Source of the DNA: a virus
Length of the DNA stretch: 64,000 nucleotides
Strand: one strand, 5' to 3'
Virus record (IMG/VR): IMGVR_UViG_3300037840_000333
Location: 23,121-87,120 of that record
The notes under the pieces are model-generated. The model worked only from the letters and a program-made list of their open reading frames with translations, had not been told where the DNA came from and ran no database searches. Every line of letters begins with the position of its first letter. The first letter of the stretch is position 1. The position numbers were made by a program, and so were the translations under genes. Shown here piece by piece: positions 61,147 to 64,000 of the stretch.

Positions 61147-62994
61147 CTACAGGCCGAACGCCGCTTTCAGGTCGCTGGCCGTGCTGGCCGCGTTCAGGTG
61201 GGCCACGCCGGCGTTGTCATCGAGCCACCGGCACAGGGAGTAGTGGTTCGCCGTCAGCGTCACGACCTTGTGGCTCAGCCTCGGGTCGATCGCCACGAAC
61301 TGCACGAGGTTGCCCTGGCTGCTGTCATCCTCGTCGAACGTGATGATGATGGTCAGATGCCCGCTGGTGTAGTCCGGGCCCGCCATGATGACCGGGATCC
61401 ACTGCTGCAGCCAGGTGTTGGCCTGGGCCAGGGTGCCGTCGTGGGCATCGTCCTGCAGGTTGGGCGTCAGGTCGCCGGTCACCGGCAGGTTGCCGCTCGC
61501 CACGTCGGCGGCGAAGGCGCCGCTCGTGCTCGTGCCGGCCGGGACGTCATAGGTGTTGCACTCGCTGCGCTCCGTCGCGTCCAGCCAGAACGGCCACGGG
61601 GCGTGCCGGGGCACGTAGTTGCCGCTCCCGGTCGTGAAGCAGTTGCTCGGCATGCTCTCGGCGTATTCCTTCGCCGTCTTGCCGGCCGCAATGGTCTGGC
61701 CAAACACGCTCGGCGGGGTCGGCACGCAGCCGCTCGATGCCACCGGGCAGTCGCCTCCGGGCACCGTCTGGCCGCCATAGATGGCGAGGTAGTTGGGCAG
61801 GCTCGGGTGGCCGATCCCGAAATAGCTCGTAGCCGTGCCGTAGGTGTTGCCCAGCCCGGTCAGGTAGGGCATGCCGGCGGTGGACTCGGCCTGGCTGTGA
61901 TTCTCCTCGGGGATCACGAGCACCTTGTGCTGGCCGCCGGTCGGCTTGGTCGTGCTCGTGGTGCTGGTGCTCGTGCTGGTCGATGTGGATGTGGACGTGC
62001 TCGTGCTCGTGGAGCTGCTGGTCGTCGTGGTCGTCGTCGTGGTCCGGGCCGGGATGATGTTGTGCATGGCGTCGATGTAGTCGCCGTAGCCGCTGGCGCT
62101 CTCCCAGCCGTGGCAGTCCGCTCCGCCGGCCGCATCGGCGTCGCCGGTCGAGCTGCACCCGGCCGTGCTCTCCACCTGGGTCCCCTCGCCGTACTCGTTC
62201 CACGTGGTCACGAGCTCTAGGGGGGCCTGGCTCGCCACCATCGCCGTCAGGTTGCTCTGCCACGCCGTGAGGCTCCGGGGCAGTCGGGCGCTGGCTTCGT
62301 TCGCCTTGTTGTACCCGGGGCTCACGGTGTAGCTCTGGCCGGCCTGACTATCGGTGGCGACGGCCGGGCCGTACTGGTGCCACCCGTTCGGCTGGTGGGC
62401 GCAGCTCGTGTACCCGGGGAACACCCGCAGCGTCACGTAGAACGGCTGGGCCTGGGCCGCGTTGGCCTGGGACCAGTTGGCGGCGTCGGTGCAGTTGTTG
62501 TCGCTGTAGACGTAGATGGTCGGTTTGTTGTCGATCCACAGCCACCGGCTGCTCCCGGTGTATTGCTTGCCGATGTAGGCGAGGTCGCTCTGGATCTGCG
62601 CCTCGGTGGCGTTGCGGACCTCGTAGTACACGCTCCACTTGAACCCGGTGTCGGCCGCGGCGGCGAGGTCCGTCGGCACCACCTTGTCCTCCTGGCTGCC
62701 CTGGCCCCACCAGCTCGTGAACGCCGCATCGAGGTGGGCGTACTGCATCGCCTTGATCTGGCCCTTGATGACCGGCTCGCTCGTGCTGTCATAGAAGCCC
62801 TGGCTCGGGGCGTACTTGGTGAACGGGCTCAGCGATTGCTGGGTCCACCCGGGCCCGCTGGCTCCGCCGGCGCCGTACCACTGGTAGATCACGGCCGCCC
62901 TGATCGGCGGCGTCTCGTTGGGGCTGGTCTGGCAGGCGGTGAAGATCCCGGCCAGCACGAGTAAGGACGCGAGGACTGCCCATCTCCGTCTCAT
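61147..62994 (-). CDS. Lipoprotein: GH99/GH71-like glycoside hydrolase + Thr/Ser linker + phosphoesterase (SapM-like acid phosphatase)
   Basis: Lipobox FTAC; YQWY, GFYDS, SWWG, TTWNEYGEGTQVE; EENHS, HPSLPNY, RHAPW, AHDG, TFDE, NHYSL. Confidence 0.8.
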   Translation of the reverse strand: MRRRWAVLASLLVLAGIFTACQTSPNETPPIRAAVIYQWYGAGGASGPGWTQQSLSPFTKYAPSQGFYDSTSEPVIKGQIKAMQYAHLDAAFTSWWGQGSQEDKVVPTDLAAAADTGFKWSVYYEVRNATEAQIQSDLAYIGKQYTGSSRWLWIDNKPTIYVYSDNNCTDAANWSQANAAQAQPFYVTLRVFPGYTSCAHQPNGWHQYGPAVATDSQAGQSYTVSPGYNKANEASARLPRSLTAWQSNLTAMVASQAPLELVTTWNEYGEGTQVESTAGCSSTGDADAAGGADCHGWESASGYGDYIDAMHNIIPARTTTTTTTTSSSTSTSTSTSTSTSTSTSTTSTTKPTGGQHKVLVIPEENHSQAESTAGMPYLTGLGNTYGTATSYFGIGHPSLPNYLAIYGGQTVPGGDCPVASSGCVPTPPSVFGQTIAAGKTAKEYAESMPSNCFTTGSGNYVPRHAPWPFWLDATERSECNTYDVPAGTSTSGAFAADVASGNLPVTGDLTPNLQDDAHDGTLAQANTWLQQWIPVIMAGPDYTSGHLTIIITFDEDDSSQGNLVQFVAIDPRLSHKVVTLTANHYSLCRWLDDNAGVAHLNAASTASDLKAAFGL

Positions 62995-63019
62995 GCGGGC
63001 CACCGTAGCGGCCGGAGGC

Positions 63020-63409
63020 TCAGGCTCGGGTGATCCAGTTCCGGAACGCCTGCCAGCGCCACCACAGGCGCAGGCGGTCGCTCGGACGCCTGGGCCTCAC
63101 GTCGGCCGTCCGGCCGTCCTCGTGGATGCGGGTCACGACCTGCTCGTGCTCGCCGATGGTGACGAGGAACGGCACCGTGGGCGGTTCTCCGGTGAAGCTG
63201 ACGCTCATCGTGGCCGGGGCTCGCTCGGGCTGGCTCGGGTGCTCCCGCCGGCCGAACGCTGCGCCGGTGATGACCCCGAGGTCGAGCAGTGCTGCCGATG
63301 CGGTAATCCAGTGCGGGCCCGTGGCGGCCGTGATCCCGGCCAGCACAGCTAGAGCGGCCTGCAATACGGTTCGCAGCCCCTTCGCCGCGTTCGGCTCCTC
63401 CTCGCTCAT
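63020..63409 (-). CDS. Membrane protein
   Basis: Two hydrophobic segments. Confidence 0.55.
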   Translation of the reverse strand: MSEEEPNAAKGLRTVLQAALAVLAGITAATGPHWITASAALLDLGVITGAAFGRREHPSQPERAPATMSVSFTGEPPTVPFLVTIGEHEQVVTRIHEDGRTADVRPRRPSDRLRLWWRWQAFRNWITRA

Positions 63410-63603
63410 TCCGGCTCTCCGACTGGGCCGATGAACACTTCATGCTGGCCGCACCACGATCCGACGTACAGGTGGGTGGCGATGCCCGCCCATCGACTGC
63501 CATCTAGGCCGGTCATGTGGTGGGTCACCATCACCCGCTGGCGACAGACTGGGCAGACTGCCATCTCGGGCTGGTATTCCACGTCGGGCAGGATTCTGGT
63601 CAT
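63406..63603 (-). CDS. Small Zn-finger-like protein
   Basis: CPVC..H..C; flanked by a 22-bp repeat. Confidence 0.55.
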   Translation of the reverse strand: MTRILPDVEYQPEMAVCPVCRQRVMVTHHMTGLDGSRWAGIATHLYVGSWCGQHEVFIGPVGEPE

Positions 63604-63621
63604 TCCGGCTCTCCGACTGGG
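63406..63621. repeat. 22-bp direct repeat flanking one gene
   Basis: TCATTCCGGCTCTCCGACTGGG at 63406-63427 and 63600-63621. Confidence 0.9.
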
Positions 63622-63998
63622 GGGTGAAGGGCGGCAACCAACGAATCCCACCACTGACGCACAACCTCTCGCTTCCCTACTTCGGGATGCGCCGTGCGGA
63701 CTAGTCCTGCCGCCTTCGTTTCGATGAGCGTCAACCGCTCTACCTCGCCCCGGAGCCGTTGGACCTCGGTTTGCAGTTGATCCCGTTCCACGTCACAGTC
63801 ATGCGCGTTGCTGGCACGGATGAAAACATCGCTGCCGACATAACCGCCGATGTCAAGCAGTAGCCGTTCCAGCTCCTCCACTCGCTGGCGTAGGGAGTCG
63901 ATGGTGAACGCGCACCGACGTTCCAGTGGCGTATAGCGATACCAGTTGCGCGGCTTACGGATCGTCGCCACTTCCGCGTCGCTCAGCGGCGCGGACAA
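63600..63998 (-). CDS. Coiled-coil hypothetical protein (start at or beyond window edge)
   Basis: LRQRVEELE, EVQRLRGEVERL. Confidence 0.55.
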   Translation of the reverse strand: MSAPLSDAEVATIRKPRNWYRYTPLERRCAFTIDSLRQRVEELERLLLDIGGYVGSDVFIRASNAHDCDVERDQLQTEVQRLRGEVERLTLIETKAAGLVRTAHPEVGKREVVRQWWDSLVAALHPPVGEPE

Positions 63999-64000
63999 TG

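Noticed and set aside
61960-62045. Short tandem GTGCTC/GTC repeats
   Set aside because: They encode the Thr/Ser linker of the lipoprotein and are not a separate element
1-64000. tRNA genes, integrase/att site, repressor, host flanking genes
   Set aside because: None recognised, so lifestyle and prophage status cannot be determined from this window

Overview
This is a 64 kb segment of a high-GC (roughly 70% by eye) siphovirus genome, probably infecting an Actinomycetota host. Almost all genes are on the minus strand. In transcription order (right to left) it contains: small non-structural genes; a cluster of exported proteins (GH99-like/phosphoesterase lipoprotein, CHAP lipoprotein, Rpf-like lytic transglycosylase); the large terminase; and an unusually long (~18 kb) insert between terminase and portal, made of modular fibre/decoration-like genes that share domains and tags. 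These are followed by a GH25 lysin; a portal-MuF fusion with an extra acidic domain; the capsid protease; hexamer- and pentamer-type capsid proteins (cluster-B-mycobacteriophage-like layout); major tail and neck genes; a promoter-repeat island of small genes; an HNH endonuclease; tail chaperones; tape measure; minor tail proteins; a membrane/lysis block; and Gam-like and Rad52/Sak-like recombination genes. The most notable signals are: (1) four intergenic, ORF-free, strongly base-paired segments, each behind its own promoter, which are candidate phage ncRNAs (two share a CACGCAGU motif); (2) the domain-swapped appendage cluster; (3) a four-copy conserved promoter and pervasive leaderless starts; (4) the portal-MuF fusion followed by a small self-promoted ORF; and (5) a suite of envelope-acting exported enzymes. 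All calls rest on motif recognition and synteny; no database searches or folding programs were run.
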